Shown: positions 1 through 13,612 of the stretch, piece by piece
Numbering within the stretch: the stretch's first letter is position 1
Layout: every line of letters starts with the position of its first letter
Source of the DNA: Camelus dromedarius
Taxonomy: Eukaryota
Direction of reading: 5' to 3'
Length of the DNA: 64,000 bases
Assembly: GCF_036321535.1 (NCBI RefSeq)
Contig: NC_087436.1
Span: 61,506,001 to 61,570,000 of the forward strand
Notes under the pieces: generated by a model
The model's database searches: none
Told to the model about the DNA's origin: nothing
What the model saw: the letters and a program-made list of their open reading frames with translations, nothing else
Position numbers and translations under genes: made by a program

Positions 1-105
1 AGTGAGAATGTGCAGTATTTGTCTTTCTCTGTCTGACTTATTTCACTTAGCATAATATCTTCTAGATCCATCTATGTTGTTGCAAATGGCAAGATTTCAT
101 TCCCT
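1..105 (-). mobile_element. LINE-1 3' UTR fragment (L1MA/MB-like), cut by window edge
   Basis: 'cagtatttgtctttctctgtctgacttatttcacttagcataat...tccatctatgttgttgcaaatggcaagatttcattc' is the antisense of the conserved L1 3' end. Confidence 0.85.
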
Positions 106-109
106 GCAT

Positions 110-582
110 GGTCTACTCCCTGCTTATTTTTCTAACCTCATCTAATTCATTCATCCCAGAACTCGCTGGTTCAAGTTCTTTAGCCTCTTTTCTGCTCCTA
201 GAACAGACCAAGTTCTTTTTAACCTCAGAGACTTTGGACATACTTTTTCCTTTGCCGAGAAATGTTTTTTTCGCATCATCTTCTTTTTTTTCTCTCTCTC
301 TCTGTTTCATACTTTTGAAGTCAGCTAAAGCATCACTTCCACAAAAAGGCTGTCTCTAGCTTCTAAAGAAGGGATGGAAGTAGATCTCTCTTACCTTGTT
401 CTATCCCAGAATTCTGCAGTTTTACAGCTTATCATAATTTGTAGTTATTTCCTTTATGTGTTCGTTTTTGGTCTGCCTGCAAGTTTTATGAGAGCAGAAT
501 CCTTGTCTGCCTTGCTTTCCATTGCACCCAGTGCTGAGAACAATGCCATTAATTGAATAAATACTTTTGAAGGAATGAATGA
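110..582 (+). mobile_element. L2 LINE 3' fragment
   Basis: Ends 'gcacccagtgctgagaacaatgcc...aataaatacttttgaaggaatgaatga', the typical L2 3' terminus. Confidence 0.6.
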
Positions 583-1344
583 GAAAATATCATTCTGTCT
601 AGGGAAAGAATACTTTATGTAAAGTTATGTAGAGTATTGAAGATATGGCTTACCAGTAGCTCCAGAAGGGGAATTATCACCAAATCTTTTGTCCTGACAT
701 GAGAAGATGCAAAAGACATTGGACTTGACTAAATTAATAACATTTGTGAAGATTTTAACACCCTACACACTCAGAAATGAACAGGCATCAGTAGCATCCT
801 GTGGTGTACTTCAGTGGCAAAGATGTTCATTGCAACATTGGTAATAGCACAGGATAGAACTTCAGCAACATGAGGCATGAAAGGAGAAAAGGATAAAGTT
901 CTGTAGAATTATAAAAAGAACTGGTATGCTGAGAATCACTCTCTGGGGATCCTCAGAACTACCTGGATGGAATTGAGCAATGATGTGACTAGAGGGCACA
1001 GGCTTAGAGATATTATTTTGTTTAAAAAATTTGTATGACCTTGTTTATTCAACCCAGACTAAGGTACTCTAGAAACTATATATTATATGTAGGACTAAGT
1101 ATTATCCAAGCATTACATAAATGTTTAGGATCCAAATATTTCCTCTGGCTGCTGCAGTGATCTGTTATGGTATAGAACTATTTTTGCATGCAACACAGTG
1201 AGAGGTAAAGGTAAGTCAGAGATAATTAAGATGGAACTTGATAAATGCTATGGTAGGGGAATAATAGTGTGTTACAGAAGCACATGGAAAGTCATTTAGC
1301 GTAAAGAGTAAGTAGAAGGTAACCTTTGGAAGCTTAATTCATTG

Positions 1345-1842
1345 ATTTACCAATCTGCTCAGTGTTTTCTGCATCAGAAATTTGAGTTGGGCACTCTGAG
1401 CAGTTTTGCTTCATGTAGCACTAGATGAAGTGATGGGATGGCTGGAAGTCTAAATGACCTCATTCACTTGCTGAAAATTGGTGCTCACTGTACGTTGGGA
1501 GCTCAGTGGGGACTGTCAGCCTATAGGCTCTGTTTTCCAAGTGGCCCTCTTCACACATCTACTTGTGCTTCCTCACAGCATGGTGATTGGGTTTGCAAAG
1601 GAAGCATTATAAGCAGTAAAGCTGGAAGCTGAGCAGACCTTTTAAGACCTTGCAAGAGAAGTTATACGGTATAACTTACAACATATTTTATAGTTCCAAA
1701 CAGATCATAGGACCCATCCATATTCAGGGAGAGAGGAAACAGACTTCACCTGTTGATGGGAAAATGATAAGTTCATGTTGTAAAGGAACATACTGAAGAG
1801 GAGATTTTACTCTGGCCATCTTTGGAAACATAGTCTACCACA
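1345..1842. mobile_element. MaLR solo LTR (MLT1H/I/J-like)
   Basis: Motifs 'cttcctcacagcatggtg', 'gaaacagacttcacct' and terminus 'ggccatctttggaaacatagtctaccaca'. Confidence 0.65.
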
Positions 1843-2214
1843 CTGGTCTAAATCTCTTGTTATTTTGCTTATTTTTTGGCCTTGAATTTGAAGGCAACTA
1901 ACACTTTCCTCTTGATAATGACTTTTCACATCAAGAAGTCATGGAGACAATGATCTTTTCTTTTATCTTTTCTTTCAACTCTTTCCCTCCAGAAATACTT
2001 GATAAAGTCTTATTTCATGACTTGAATTAATTCTTTTGTATTTTTGGAAGATGGCCAATTTCTTAGTATCTTTTTAATCAGCACATTATATAGCATACTT
2101 GACTCTCAATAGAAATGGACAAATACTAAGCAAATACTGAAAGATTTCGAAATTTGTAACTTTGTATGAGTAAATACATCCCACTGTCAATGTGATGTAT
2201 TGAAATGAACAGTG

Positions 2215-2368
2215 TTGTTTTAGTTGGGGACCTGATTCTATCACTTGGTCTCTGATCACTACTCTGTACTAGTTTGAGCAAATCACATGTCTTTGGGATT
2301 CAGTTTCCTTCTGTGTAAAGTGGGTGCTATGGACTTGATATCAAAGACTCATTCTAACCTTAAAATTA
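2215..2368 (+). mobile_element. MIR/MIR3 SINE
   Basis: Core 'gagcaaatcacatgtctttgggattcagtttccttctgtgtaaagtggg' followed by a MIR3-type tail 'ttctaaccttaaaatt'. Confidence 0.6.
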
Positions 2369-2854
2369 TTTATATTTTCAGAGAAGTTTGGTGAATGTTA
2401 AAAATTTTTGATGACTATTTAAGAGAGTTTTCTTAGTAATTCAGTTTGGAAAGAAGTTATACACTTCTTGTGTCTGTTTTAGTAAAATAACACAAATATT
2501 CAAAATATTCTTTTTTTCTCATTAAGATTTGGTGGCTAATTGTTTCAGGGTAATGTTAAATTAATTTAAGACTTTAAAAGAAGACTATGGTCTTATTAAG
2601 TGTGAAATACATTGATTTTTTTTTTTCAAACTAAAAGTTAGAACTCTTGCTTTTATTTGCAAGCTAAATTTGAGTTTAGTCAAGGAAGCTTCCTAATGGC
2701 ATATACAAGTGATAGAAACTCTTAGAGTTTATAGATCATTGCAGTAGAAACACATTCATGTGAATATCACACTGTTTGATTATTTCAGCTATTTCTTTAC
2801 ATATTCATCCATGAATTTATTGTTGCCAGCATTTAATAGTCATGGTATGATTTG

Positions 2855-3022
2855 TTTCTCACAGCAGCTCTGTAAAGTAGGTGACATCATTATTTTTATT
2901 TTACAGGTGAGGAAACAGAAGCATATTTAGAGTTAGCAAGTTGCCCAAGATCGTATATCTTATACTTGGTAGAGCTGGGAATCAAACCCAGGGTTTTTGA
3001 TTTCAGAGTCTCTTAACCCTGT
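2855..3022 (-). mobile_element. MIR SINE
   Basis: Antisense core 'attttacaggtgaggaaacaga...ttgcccaagatc...gagctgggaatcaaacccagg'. Confidence 0.85.
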
Positions 3023-4419
3023 GGCATACATTCCTTTTTAACCTTGGAATCACCATTTTTTCCCCTGAATTCCATTCATAAATTCAGCATGGTGTTCCAG
3101 GAATGAGGCCCTAACACTAGGGCACTAAGTCTAATAAATCTTGGAAGTTCTGAACCATTTGTATAGTGAATCCCAGACTGAGTGATGAGCAGATATCACA
3201 AGGTCTGGGGGCTTAATGGGCTTCTTCTCCAGCATGTTTAAGAACTTTCCCTTGTACATCTGTCATCGTTTCATGGTCCTGTTAAAATGTCATTATTTTA
3301 CTTCTATGCCAGAGCTTTTCTTGCATTTCAGTTTTTCGGACTCAGTGTTGCTTCAGAGGAGTAGGTTGATAAAAATAACTTGTCATATAAAAAACCATCC
3401 AGTAGCAGACTATTAAAAATAGTGCAAATTGCATAGAAGTACAAACATGTTTTATCTTGAAAATTTATATGAAACATTTGCTTAACTGGAACAATTTTGC
3501 ATATTCACTTCCATCTGCCAATGAAATATTCCCTTGGATGAAACTACTCCTTGTTCTGAATATTCAATGTTAACTTTTTTCTTGGCTGTTTAATAAATTC
3601 ACATGTTTATTACAAACACAAATCAGGCAGTTTTAGGCACTGTAAATATTACATACATGTGTAATCTTTTGTTTAATACATTTGAGTTTAACCTGCTATT
3701 TATTAACATACATGAACACTACATATAACTCATCTGAAGATAGTTTTTAAAACACTATAATGAATATACTTAATTTTGAGATTCATTTTGATAGTTTACT
3801 GTCTCTTATAATGCAGGAGCTATAGTAACATACTTTTTGGGTGCTGTCTATTGGAATTTTTTATTGGATGGCTTCAGTCAGAAGACTGGGGTTCTAGTTT
3901 CTTAAAGGACACCTTTTAGTTTATATTTGTGACATTAAGTCACATTTTATCTTAGGTTTAGTGAAGATGCAGTGGGCTCGAATAAGATATTGCATGGAAA
4001 GTTACTTTCACAATTGTCTGATCATCTTTATATCTTCAACAGCTCCTCCTACCCCCTGGTCCTGAGATAAGTGCTGCTCTTGTTCAGGGTCTCCTGAAGC
4101 TTGAATCCTAGTGAGGAGAAAGAGCTCCAGATTCTGCTTTCAGTGCTCTGATATAATCCACTTGCTGTACCCTGATTCTCTCTTTCCTTGTGTCCACGCC
4201 TGACTTTCACTTGCTGTTATGCCAAGACACTTGGATTTAACTTTCTACTGGATTAACTCTGGGTTGTCTGCTCAAGCAATCAATTTTGGATTGTCTCTGA
4301 TGTTCTGCTTTGGCTCTACCTTTTCCTTACCTTTGGCTCTTGTGAGTTTGGCCCAAACCACCCTCCCCGGAATCTCAGAACCTGCATTACCCTCTGAAAT
4401 ATCAGGGACTGCTTATCTA

Positions 4420-4900
4420 GGAGAGAAACAGGCACTGTGTCTGTTGCTGACACTGCAGAGGAGACTGGGACACAGTCTCTGCCCCCAAGAAACTTGTTTA
4501 CCTGTTGCAGTGAGGGGAACAGAAATACACAGACTTTCTCATGTAATAAGTGCAGTGTAAGTCCCTGCATAAAATTTTGTGAGAACACAAGAGGAGGCCA
4601 TGAAATCAAGTTTCACAGTTAGGAAAGATCATTTGTAAGACTTGTCACTTGATATGAGGCTTGATGATGTGAAGGCAGTAGCTAGGTGTATGTGTATGAA
4701 AGGGACACTGTTTTTATTTTAAGGCTAATCATGGAGTACAGAAACAACATTGAGTTAATAAAGAAATACAAACGTTTGAATATTGCCAGAATGTAACATG
4801 CAATGTAAAAAGGCAAAAAATGATAAGGCAGAGGTCGGGTCATGAAAACTCTATGCTATAGTGAAAAACATGGGCTTATCTTGTACTGATAGAAAACCTG
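4420..4900 (-). mobile_element. L2 LINE fragment
   Basis: 'gacacagtctctgcccccaagaaactt' and downstream purine-rich sequence resemble antisense L2 3' region. Confidence 0.5.
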
Positions 4901-5589
4901 AGCTTGTAATGCTTTATTGTTTTGTCTAGTTATATGCCAAGTGGCATCCATTTACTTTTCTCCTAGAACTAGCGCTTTAATTTGGTTTCAGAGTGCTCAC
5001 CACTGTCTTATTTACTATCTATGGGGTTGGGTCATATTAGGTCCACTCCAAGTTCAGGCACATTGTGCAGACCAGACTGATAAGAACATTCCATCTGTCT
5101 GATCACAGCTGGTCCCTTCTTCAGGTTTCTCTCTCTCTCTTTTTCTCCCAAACGCTTGTAGTAACAGAAGTTACTATAGTATGTATGTGTGTAGGATGTG
5201 GAATAGGGATGATAGAGCTGGAGGAGATGGAAGGAAATAACTACCCTCAAAAAGAAGTTCTATAGGATAAGCCAATTCCCTAATACCTGGCTGGTGACGG
5301 TGCTATGGCTCTAAACAAATAAGAACCTTCCTACTTTTTTCCTACTTACCCCTCCTCCCCAGATTGCAGGTTTATTTTGTTTGAGATGGATAAATATGGA
5401 TAGATCATCAAATTGTGTATATTTTTCACACTAACTCTATTCATTTTAAAATTATTATAGATGCTTCCAATATTCTGAGAATATTGGAATTATATCTTCC
5501 TTTATAATTATTTTCCTAGGAATTTAGATCCAGGATATCTAAATAGATCCTCTTTGAAGTATTTCTCATGCAACTCCAAGCCAGTAATC

Positions 5590-5805
5590 TAACATTTATA
5601 ATAGCAGTTTACTGTTTGCAAACCAGTTTTCCCATACAAGATATTATTTGATTTGCATATCAATTCTGTGAACTCTGTATTATAAGAAGTTTCATCTTAC
5701 AGATGAGAGAAAAAATTGACCTTCTCTGTTAACTAAATGAATGGCCCTCATTCATATAGCAGATTGAGCCGTGAATATGTCTTCCTCTATATCATACTGC
5801 CTCTC
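5590..5805 (-). mobile_element. Degraded MIR SINE
   Basis: 'ttcatcttacagatgagagaaaaaattgac' MIR core. Confidence 0.5.
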
Positions 5806-6011
5806 AGTCACTCTAACAGTAAGTTTGGAAGATGAGTCTGAGAACATGTTTATCACCTCCCTTTGCTAATAAAGCTGCAGAAGTACAAGAGAAAACAAAA
5901 TAGTGGCTGGAGCTGAAACAAGAGATCAGTGCAGGTCTTTTAACTTCTTAACTTGTGAGCTGTCAACTTTATCCACGACTTCTTTTTGCATAACTGTATA
6001 GCTAGTTTCTT

Positions 6012-6288
6012 TTTTTAATTGATTTTTTTCTAAATTTTATTTATTTATTTATTAGTGTAGATGATTTACAATGATAATTTCAGGTGTACAGCAAACAATT
6101 CAGTTGTACATACACATATATGTATTTTCTTTTTCAGATTATTTTTCATTATATGTTATTACAAGATATTGAATATAGTCCCCTGTCGTATACAGTAGGT
6201 ACTTGTTCATTTTATACATGGTAATGTGTATTTGTTAATCCCCAACTCCTAATTTATCCCTCCCCCACCCTTTCCCCTTTGGTAACCG
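6012..6288 (-). mobile_element. 5'-truncated LINE-1 (3' UTR only) with target-site duplication
   Basis: Poly(T) start and L1 3' UTR ('ttcaggtgtacagcaa...tttcccctttggtaacc'); TSD tagtttctt at 6003-6011 and 6289-6297. Confidence 0.9.
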
Positions 6289-7767
6289 TAGTTTCTTGAC
6301 ATACCCGTAACACTGATTGGGTTTTTTTTTACCGCTGGCCTACTCCTCTCTGATCTTTTGTCTAATGCTGGGACACATTAGAAATGTCATTTGCATTGTA
6401 TTATCAGCTAGGCTATGAATATGACTTCCTTAACCACAGAAGAAAAATGATAGCTATTTATCAGACTCAGACTCTGTATATCCAAACTATTTTAGCTGCA
6501 GGGTGCTCGTTATGAGCACCCAAAATACACATTACGGCATGTGTAATGGTATCAATTTGACAAATAATTCACATATATGAAGCTTCTAAAATGCATTGAA
6601 ATTGAAATGGTTTTGGAACTATAATTATCAGCAGAATCCTGGCTTTCAGTTCACCTTGGGGTCATAATTTTATCTTTTGAACATTCTCTCAGGAGAGTAG
6701 TACCACTGAATGGACTTTCTTACTGGCTTCCCTGTTGAACTCTGGTGAGTTTGGAGTGTGTCAGGAAAGTATTTTAACTCCATCCTATTTCTGCTTGGCT
6801 GGGAAAAGCTTTTAATCTCTGGAAAGCTCACATTTTGTAAATGTGGGTTGTAAAAGTAGTTTCTTTAAGAGAAAAACATGCCATTGCTTTCTAAATATGA
6901 AAAAATTATGTGGCTTACATACATTTAGTAGTTTTATATCAACACACCCATCTCTGCAAAGTGCTTATTATTGCACAAATACTGTGTCTTATCCCAGGTT
7001 CAATGTGCAGTTTCAATAAATAGATATCAGAATGTTGTATATAATCATACTAAATGTTATCTTTGAAAAAAGACCTAATAGAAGTTCTAAATATTCGGGG
7101 ATTCAAAATAATTATATTAGTGTTTATGATGATGATATTCTAAGGTACAGCTTATAATAAGAGACCAGTTAAGTTTGTTATGATCTTTGGAGAATACACG
7201 CTTGATATGTTGCAAACAAAGAATAATTCTACCTTTCCTATTTTTTTGTTATATACTATGTGGCACTGATCTCGATTTATTTAAAAAATATGTTTATATA
7301 AATATAGTTCCATATTTAGAGTGGTTAAGTTATTTTTTTTTCCTTGTGCATAGGAGCATTTCAAAAGGAAGGTGAAACTAGCTGGCTTTGAATTTGAATC
7401 CTTTTTTTGGAATCATTAGGTTTTCCCACTGGATGATGGGTTTTTCTTCTACTGTAGAAAAAATCTTTTCAATTATGCTGTGTCAGTTCATAACAAGAGA
7501 CACAGCACCCTAGAATGTTAGAACTGGTAGGGGCCTTAGTAATTGTCTAATCACTGACCACAACTCACATAAAAGTGTTTTATATTGCAACCAAATGTAC
7601 ACACATGAATACCCACTCCCCTGCCTGTTCCACACACAGATACACACATGCTTGTAAACAAAACTGGAACAAGAGTGTTTAATCTTTGTGTGATGTACAT
7701 TAGCAGTTCTTCTCAATTAATTCATTAAGGAAATGCTGATCTCAGCTCATCAAGCTGGTCTTACCAC

Positions 7768-7937
7768 CAGGACCAGCTACATATATTGCAGGGCCCGAAG
7801 CCAGATGAAACTATGTGTCTCCTGGTTAAAAAATGATTTTAAAATTTCAGATGGCAATAGTGAATTATTAATCCAATGGTGGAGCCCTTCTGAGCATGTG
7901 AGACAGCACAGGTTTTACACCAGTGAGACCACTGCTG
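7768..7937. mobile_element. MER45A-like hAT-Tip100 MITE
   Basis: 'caggaccagctacatatattgcagggccc...aatttcagatggc...gcccttctgagcatg'; 8-bp TSD cttaccac (7760-7767) / cttatcac (7938-7945). Confidence 0.75.
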
Positions 7938-8289
7938 CTTATCACTTGTGAATGCATTGTGGTCAAGCAATTTTAAAACCCTCTAAAGCAACTCTCTCAT
8001 TTTACAGATGTGAAGCCCACTGAAGGTGAGCGATAGGATACAAGAATGAAGTGCAATAGAATGGCAATTCTCTGACACTGTTGCAGTGTTCTTACCACTA
8101 ATCTCAATTAGATTACTCTAGGGATGGGATAATAGAGTTACAAATTTTCTGTTTTATGGTGAGCCATTACCTTCTCCAAGTTTTTTAAAATTTAATTTTT
8201 TAATTTAGATGTTGTTGAAAATGTTTTTAATATCACTTAGTCTATCTTCATGTCTTTGTGAGAGTGAATAATGATTTTCCTTCGTTCTG

Positions 8290-8336
8290 TTTCTTCTTCT
8301 TCTTCTCCTCCTCCTCCTTCTTTTTTTTTTTTTTTT
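8290..8336. repeat. (CTT)n(CCT)n plus poly-T simple repeat
   Basis: Read directly from sequence. Confidence 0.9.
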
Positions 8337-10434
8337 ACTTTGAGACTTTATGAACCACCAACTCCTATTAATAGTACTGTAGTTGTTCAAAAGTAATGAA
8401 GAGAAAGACCAGACATAAGTTTCAGAATCTGGGTCAAAGAAGAAAGTCTTAAAAACAGGGACTAGTAATGCCCTACAGAAACTGAGAAGAGTTACAGAGG
8501 AGTGAAATAGAGGGGTTATATTTAGAAAAGGAAGGAAACAGTTATTTCCCTGAGCTTTAGGGGAAGGATGAGAGGACAGCTGTGTATGCCGAATATTGCT
8601 TCTAAGTGTGTAGAGAAGAAATGTGTCCATGTTTCTTTTTTTTTTTTCCACATGGAAATGACACCCAGGGTCATCATGTGGTAAGGATGGTGTGCAGGAG
8701 GTCAGGGAGAATAGAAGGTTTAGAAAAGCTACCTGGTGAGGCTGGATACCCTGAGGGATCCTGTTTATCTATAAAGGGTCTGCATCATGAAGAGTTAAAT
8801 AATGTATTCAAAGTCACATATCTATATATCCAACTAAATCTAATAAGATATATTATTGAATTATAAGAATAAATAGAATATAAAATTATTAATAATTGCA
8901 TTTAATTGATTATTAGGCTGAAGTTAGATTGTTTTAAAGTAAAAGTGAGTTGAACCAATTAAACCAAATGGGATATCTGAAATAGGGTCCCCGATTTGAA
9001 TCTACAACATTTTTTTGTAAGTTTGTTGAGGAAGTTGATTAAACTATTTTTGTATTTATACCTAGTCTTTTAAGTCAGTGATTAATTTGACAGTACAAAT
9101 TAGAATGTCTTTAATTCATCTTTACTTTTAAGAGGAGAAGTCAAGGGAGGTGCAAATGGAGAATAACTAGAGCAGGAAAGTGAATAAGATAAAGAAAGAA
9201 AATCAATCAAAATGTCATCCTTTTTTTAAAATTGAAATCCATAGTGTTTGTTTGATCTTGTACAGTCAAACCACGAGGAAACACAAGTTAAAAATAATGT
9301 GAGTGAATGTTAAATATTCCTTATCAGACTTGTAGATATAATTCTACATTATAGTGGCTTTCATTTATTAATAAAAAAAAAACTTTGAAAAAGGCACCAA
9401 CAAACTTCTTCCAGATTTGAAAGTTTTAAAGTATTTTCTTCCACATCCTAAATTTTCTCCTTCTCACCCCATTCTTAGTTCTTTCACTCTCTACTCTCTC
9501 TCTCTCTCTCTTTTTTAAGTGCTTGTGTTCTAATTTCTGTCAGGAATAAATTTAGAAGCTGATGAAAACTTTTAAGTCCTTTCACCCAGCGTTGTGCTTC
9601 AGGGTTTCAGTAACAGACATTAAATCAACACACAGGGTATCTTTTATTTTTTTTCCCTTCATTTCAAGTTGTTGACCCTGAAGAATTTGGGATCCCTTTT
9701 GCAGAAACATATAGTTGTTAGTTCTAGCACATGTATCTTAAAAACTGTCTTTAGCTCAACCTGAAAGAGAAACTGTTCTCTGTCTCTTCCTCAGGATTAA
9801 GAGAAGATCAAAAGTTAACATACTTTAGAGAGGCCTTTTATTCATTTTGAAGCCCCTTTTTATGGTCAGCTTTTAGTGGCGTAGAGTTGTGTAATAATTA
9901 AAGGCCTTTACCATTTCTTCATGGGACTTTTCAAATGTCAAATGCCCATGCACACAGTAGGTATAAAATTCTTCAATGATTGGGGCAAAATGTGAAAATA
10001 ATAAATTGGAAGTTTCCTTCTGACTGCCCTTCAGTACTGAAATTTTAAGACAGCAATCAAAAATAGATTCTCCCAATAATTTGCACATTAATAGCATGAA
10101 ATATTCACTATATTAACTTTTTAATTAAATTCTAGTCACCTATGATAATTTGTTTCAATAATTTTAGGAATAGCAATCCCTTAAAAAGATCAATGGTGAA
10201 TGACATTTAGGATCTAAATGACTACCTTCAATCTCTTGAACTATTTCTCAATAGTGTACTTAATGTGAAAAATAATCCAAGGGTTCTCAATGCCTTGATT
10301 GAATTTAGATGAGTCAAAATTTCTAGAACATTATCTCTTCAGCATGGTTATTGTTATTTGTAATATTAAAAAGTTTTGTTACTTAAAAAAAAACCCCACC
10401 AAGTGAAGCATAGTTTAATATGTTTCTTTTTGAT

Positions 10435-10588
10435 GAGATTTGTAAGAGCCTTTAAAATGCTGGTATTCATTGTGAATCTCTAAGGGAGGGAAAATAGGGA
10501 ATACAGCATTTTCTACATCTGTTTGACTAGTTTTGAGAAAAGACACCTCAGGGGACAATTCTGTAGAACATGTTTTGGCAAAAACTGA
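10435..10588. mobile_element. Degraded hAT-Charlie type MITE (MER103-like)
   Basis: 'cattgtgaatctctaagggaggg...cagcattttctacatctgtttgac...gaacatgttttggcaaaaactg'. Confidence 0.4.
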
Positions 10589-11144
10589 TAAAGAGGATGA
10601 ATTTCTGTTTATACATTCAAGGACATAGTCATGGGGTATATAAAAAATGTCAAATTTTTGTTAGGTTATAAAAGAATGTGTTGTCTTAGGGTGAAGTAAT
10701 CTCAAGTGCAGTGGATGGAATGTGAGATATTTCTAAATTTAAAAGAAAAAATATCCCCTTTACTGTTAGGTTGTGAGGTGATGTTTTAATAGATTGTCTT
10801 TGAACAAAGTTCCTTTGTATTTACTTTACTTAGCATGGAGGATAAAACGGAAATTCTGATCATCTTAGCTCTAAGAAAATCTCAAGTGAGTTAGGAAGAT
10901 GAATGACCATAGGGAAGGGGATGTCTGTTGGGCACCAAAGAAAGTTGTGCTTCTGGATTCTGTATATTCTCTGATTCACTGGGTTACAGATGAACTTGAA
11001 AAGATATGGATATCCCAAGCTAGACTGAGATTATATCAAAATCATTTTTTCTAGAGAAAGAAGAGAAGATAGAAGACCTCCAGTATGATGATGATTGATG
11101 AAAATATACCAAATAATATACAATATTATATAAAATAATAAAAA

Positions 11145-11395
11145 TAGTAATCATAACTCACTATTTTGGAGTGCCATGTGCTTGCTACTGTGTAAAAGTG
11201 CTTTATGTGGATTGTTTCATATGATCCTCAAAAAATACAGTTAGTATAATAGTCCTATTTTTAGATAAGAAAATTGAAGTTTGGAGAAGTTGCATTATCT
11301 TACCCACATCTCACAGGTGTGCGTAAACAGAGAACACAAAAACAGGAAGTCTAATTTCCAAGCCTGTGTTTCTAAACACTAAAAGTTTGCCTTCT
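11145..11395 (-). mobile_element. MIR SINE
   Basis: 'gtgctttatgtggattgtttcatatgatcctca...cctatttttagataagaaaattgaagtttggagaagtt'. Confidence 0.75.
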
Positions 11396-11999
11396 AGGTT
11401 ATGTTTTACCATCAGTAATAAAGTTTCCAATAACAAAACATGTCACTGGCAGGTCCCTTCTTTATAAAATAGATGTCCCAATTTTCTTGGATACTTACTG
11501 TTTATTATTTACTATTTGAATATGGAATTTCCTTCCATTCTCTTCCAAGATATGACATTATAACTTGTATTTGTAGCTAAGGTTTTGAGAGGTAAGGAAT
11601 AATGTTAGGTAAGGAGATAGAAAAAGTTTATGTTTGTAAATAAGGAAGTGAAGTCTCTTTGAAATAAAGCAGAGAGAGAAGTGGGAAAAGTTAAGTGCAT
11701 TTTAATAATTTCAAAGATCTGCAAGAGAGCACAATGGGATAAATGTTTCAGTACTGATCTAGTATGTGATTTTAAAATTAAGTCAAAGACTGCATGGGTG
11801 GTCCTGTGTGATTGAATACATCCATGCAGATTGTGGCAGAATAAGCTTGCATTTGCTTCAGGAGTGGCTCCCGGGACCAATCAGTTCTTATGCTCTTGGA
11901 AATATGATGCAGTCGAGTTAATGGAGGTGTCACTGCTGCTGTGATCAGATCAGTTACTGCGGGTGATTCCTAATGGGTTTGGAGCTCAGCGTTCTTTAC

Positions 12000-13320
12000 T
12001 AATTTCTCATTTCCATTCCTACTGTCATAGTTCAGGACCTTATTACCTTTTGTCTCGACTACCAGCTGCTCTGATTACCTTTGGTCTCTCATCTCTCAAA
12101 ATCACCCTACAGAGTTCAAGGTTCTTGAAGCTCCCTTTTTATCATGTCACTCTCCTGATCAAAAGTCTCCAGTAAGTTTCCATCACCTACTGAATGAAGA
12201 GCACACTTTGTAGCCTGGCATCTAATAGTCTCCTGAGCTGGCTGTCACCCCCCTGTCCTGCCTTATCCCCCTATTAACTTACATGTTCCTTCATCTTTAC
12301 CTCCTAACAGCTGCTGGTAGCCTGTTTCCTCATGCCATCCCCTTTGCTTTTGCTTCTCTGTCAGTTAAAATACCCTTCTCCTCTTTTTCTTCCATCCGTA
12401 TTCTATGTAGGCACTATTTATTTTTTTCCTTTAAACTACTTTACTGAGGTGTGACTGACATGAAAAATGGTGTACATATTTAATGTATACAGTTTAGCTA
12501 GTTTGGGGATGCATGTATACTTCTGACATCATCACTACCATCAAGGCTGTATGCATATCCATCATCCCCCAAAGTTTCCTCCCAGCCTCATCATCATTAC
12601 CACCATCATTTTTTTATGTGTGATAAGAATGCTTAACATAAAAGATCTACTCTTTTAACAAATTTTAAGCATATAATACAGTATTCTTAGCTATAGGCAC
12701 AATGCTGTATAGCGGATCTCCAGAAATTACTCATCTTGTATAGTGGAAAATTTATACCCTTTGACCATTTCCCCTTCCTCCAGGCCCTGGCAATCACTAT
12801 TCTACTCTACTTCTGTGAGTTTGACTATTTAGATTCTGTATATAAGTGAGATCACACAATACTTGCTTTTCTGTGTCTGGCTTATTTCATTTAGCTTATT
12901 GTCCTCCAGATCCATCCATGTTATTATAAATGGCAGGGTTTCCTTTTTTAAAAAAGACTGAATAACATTCCATTGTATGTATATGCCACATTTTCTTTAT
13001 CCATTCATCCATCAAAGGACATTTAGGTTGTTTCACATAGGCATTCTTTAATGCCATTACAAATATCTCTTACTTTATAAAACCCTCTAATCATTTCAAC
13101 TGTGAGGAACTTTTCATCCTTTGAACTTTATTAGTGGATTTGTGATCTCTTTGCATGAAGCTAACAAATTTTCTTTAGATTATAGCTAGAGGACATTTTT
13201 ATTACTGGATTTTGACGTTATTAAGTGCAGAGGCTGAAATTTAATCATCTCTGTACACTATAGTGACTAGCCCAGAGCTGTAACATAGTAAATGCTCAAA
13301 AAAATATTTGTTGCACTCGG
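12000..13320 (+). mobile_element. L2 LINE fragment split by an L1 insertion
   Basis: L2 motifs 'tcatgtcactctcctgatcaaaagtctccag' (12.1 kb) and 3' end 'acatagtaaatgctcaaaaaaatatttgttg' (13.3 kb). Confidence 0.65.
12416..13037 (-). mobile_element. 5'-truncated LINE-1 3' end (L1MA/L1MB-like)
   Basis: 'ccctggcaatcactattctact...tccattgtatgtatatgccacattttctttatccattcatcc'; flanking 'taggca' on both sides is a possible TSD remnant. Confidence 0.9.
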
Positions 13321-13489
13321 ATGAGCTGGCTCTCATCATTCTTAAGCATATTATCCACAAAATTCTAACTTCCTAACGGCAGGTAGTTATAATATTTCTT
13401 CTTCCCTATTTACTTTTCTAACACTAGCACCCTCTCTTTTTCTTTTGAAAAATCATCACAATTGAAACAAAAATCTTAGTTTGCCTAAT

Positions 13490-13612
13490 TATTTATTGTT
13501 GGTCTTTGTAAGGACAGAGACTAAGTCTGCCCAGCTCATCATTGTATCCTCATAACTAGCACGGTATTTGGAACATGGAAGTTGTATAATGAGTAGTAAT
13601 TGAATGAGTGAA
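13490..13612 (+). mobile_element. L2 3' end
   Basis: 'aggacagagactaagtctg...ctagcacggtatttggaacatgg...ttgaatgagtgaa'. Confidence 0.6.

Noticed and set aside
4219..4622. Cluster of overlapping ORFs, one Cys-rich (CNKC..C..C)
   Set aside because: Overlaps an antisense L2 fragment; no consistent zinc-finger spacing or splice structure.
6501..6521. 8-bp perfect hairpin gggtgctc-gttat-gagcaccc
   Set aside because: Stems of this size are expected by chance in 64 kb; no supporting context.
8205..8651. 148-aa minus-strand ORF with poly-Lys/Arg run
   Set aside because: The basic run is the translation of a poly-T/(CTT)n(CCT)n simple repeat; no domain similarity.
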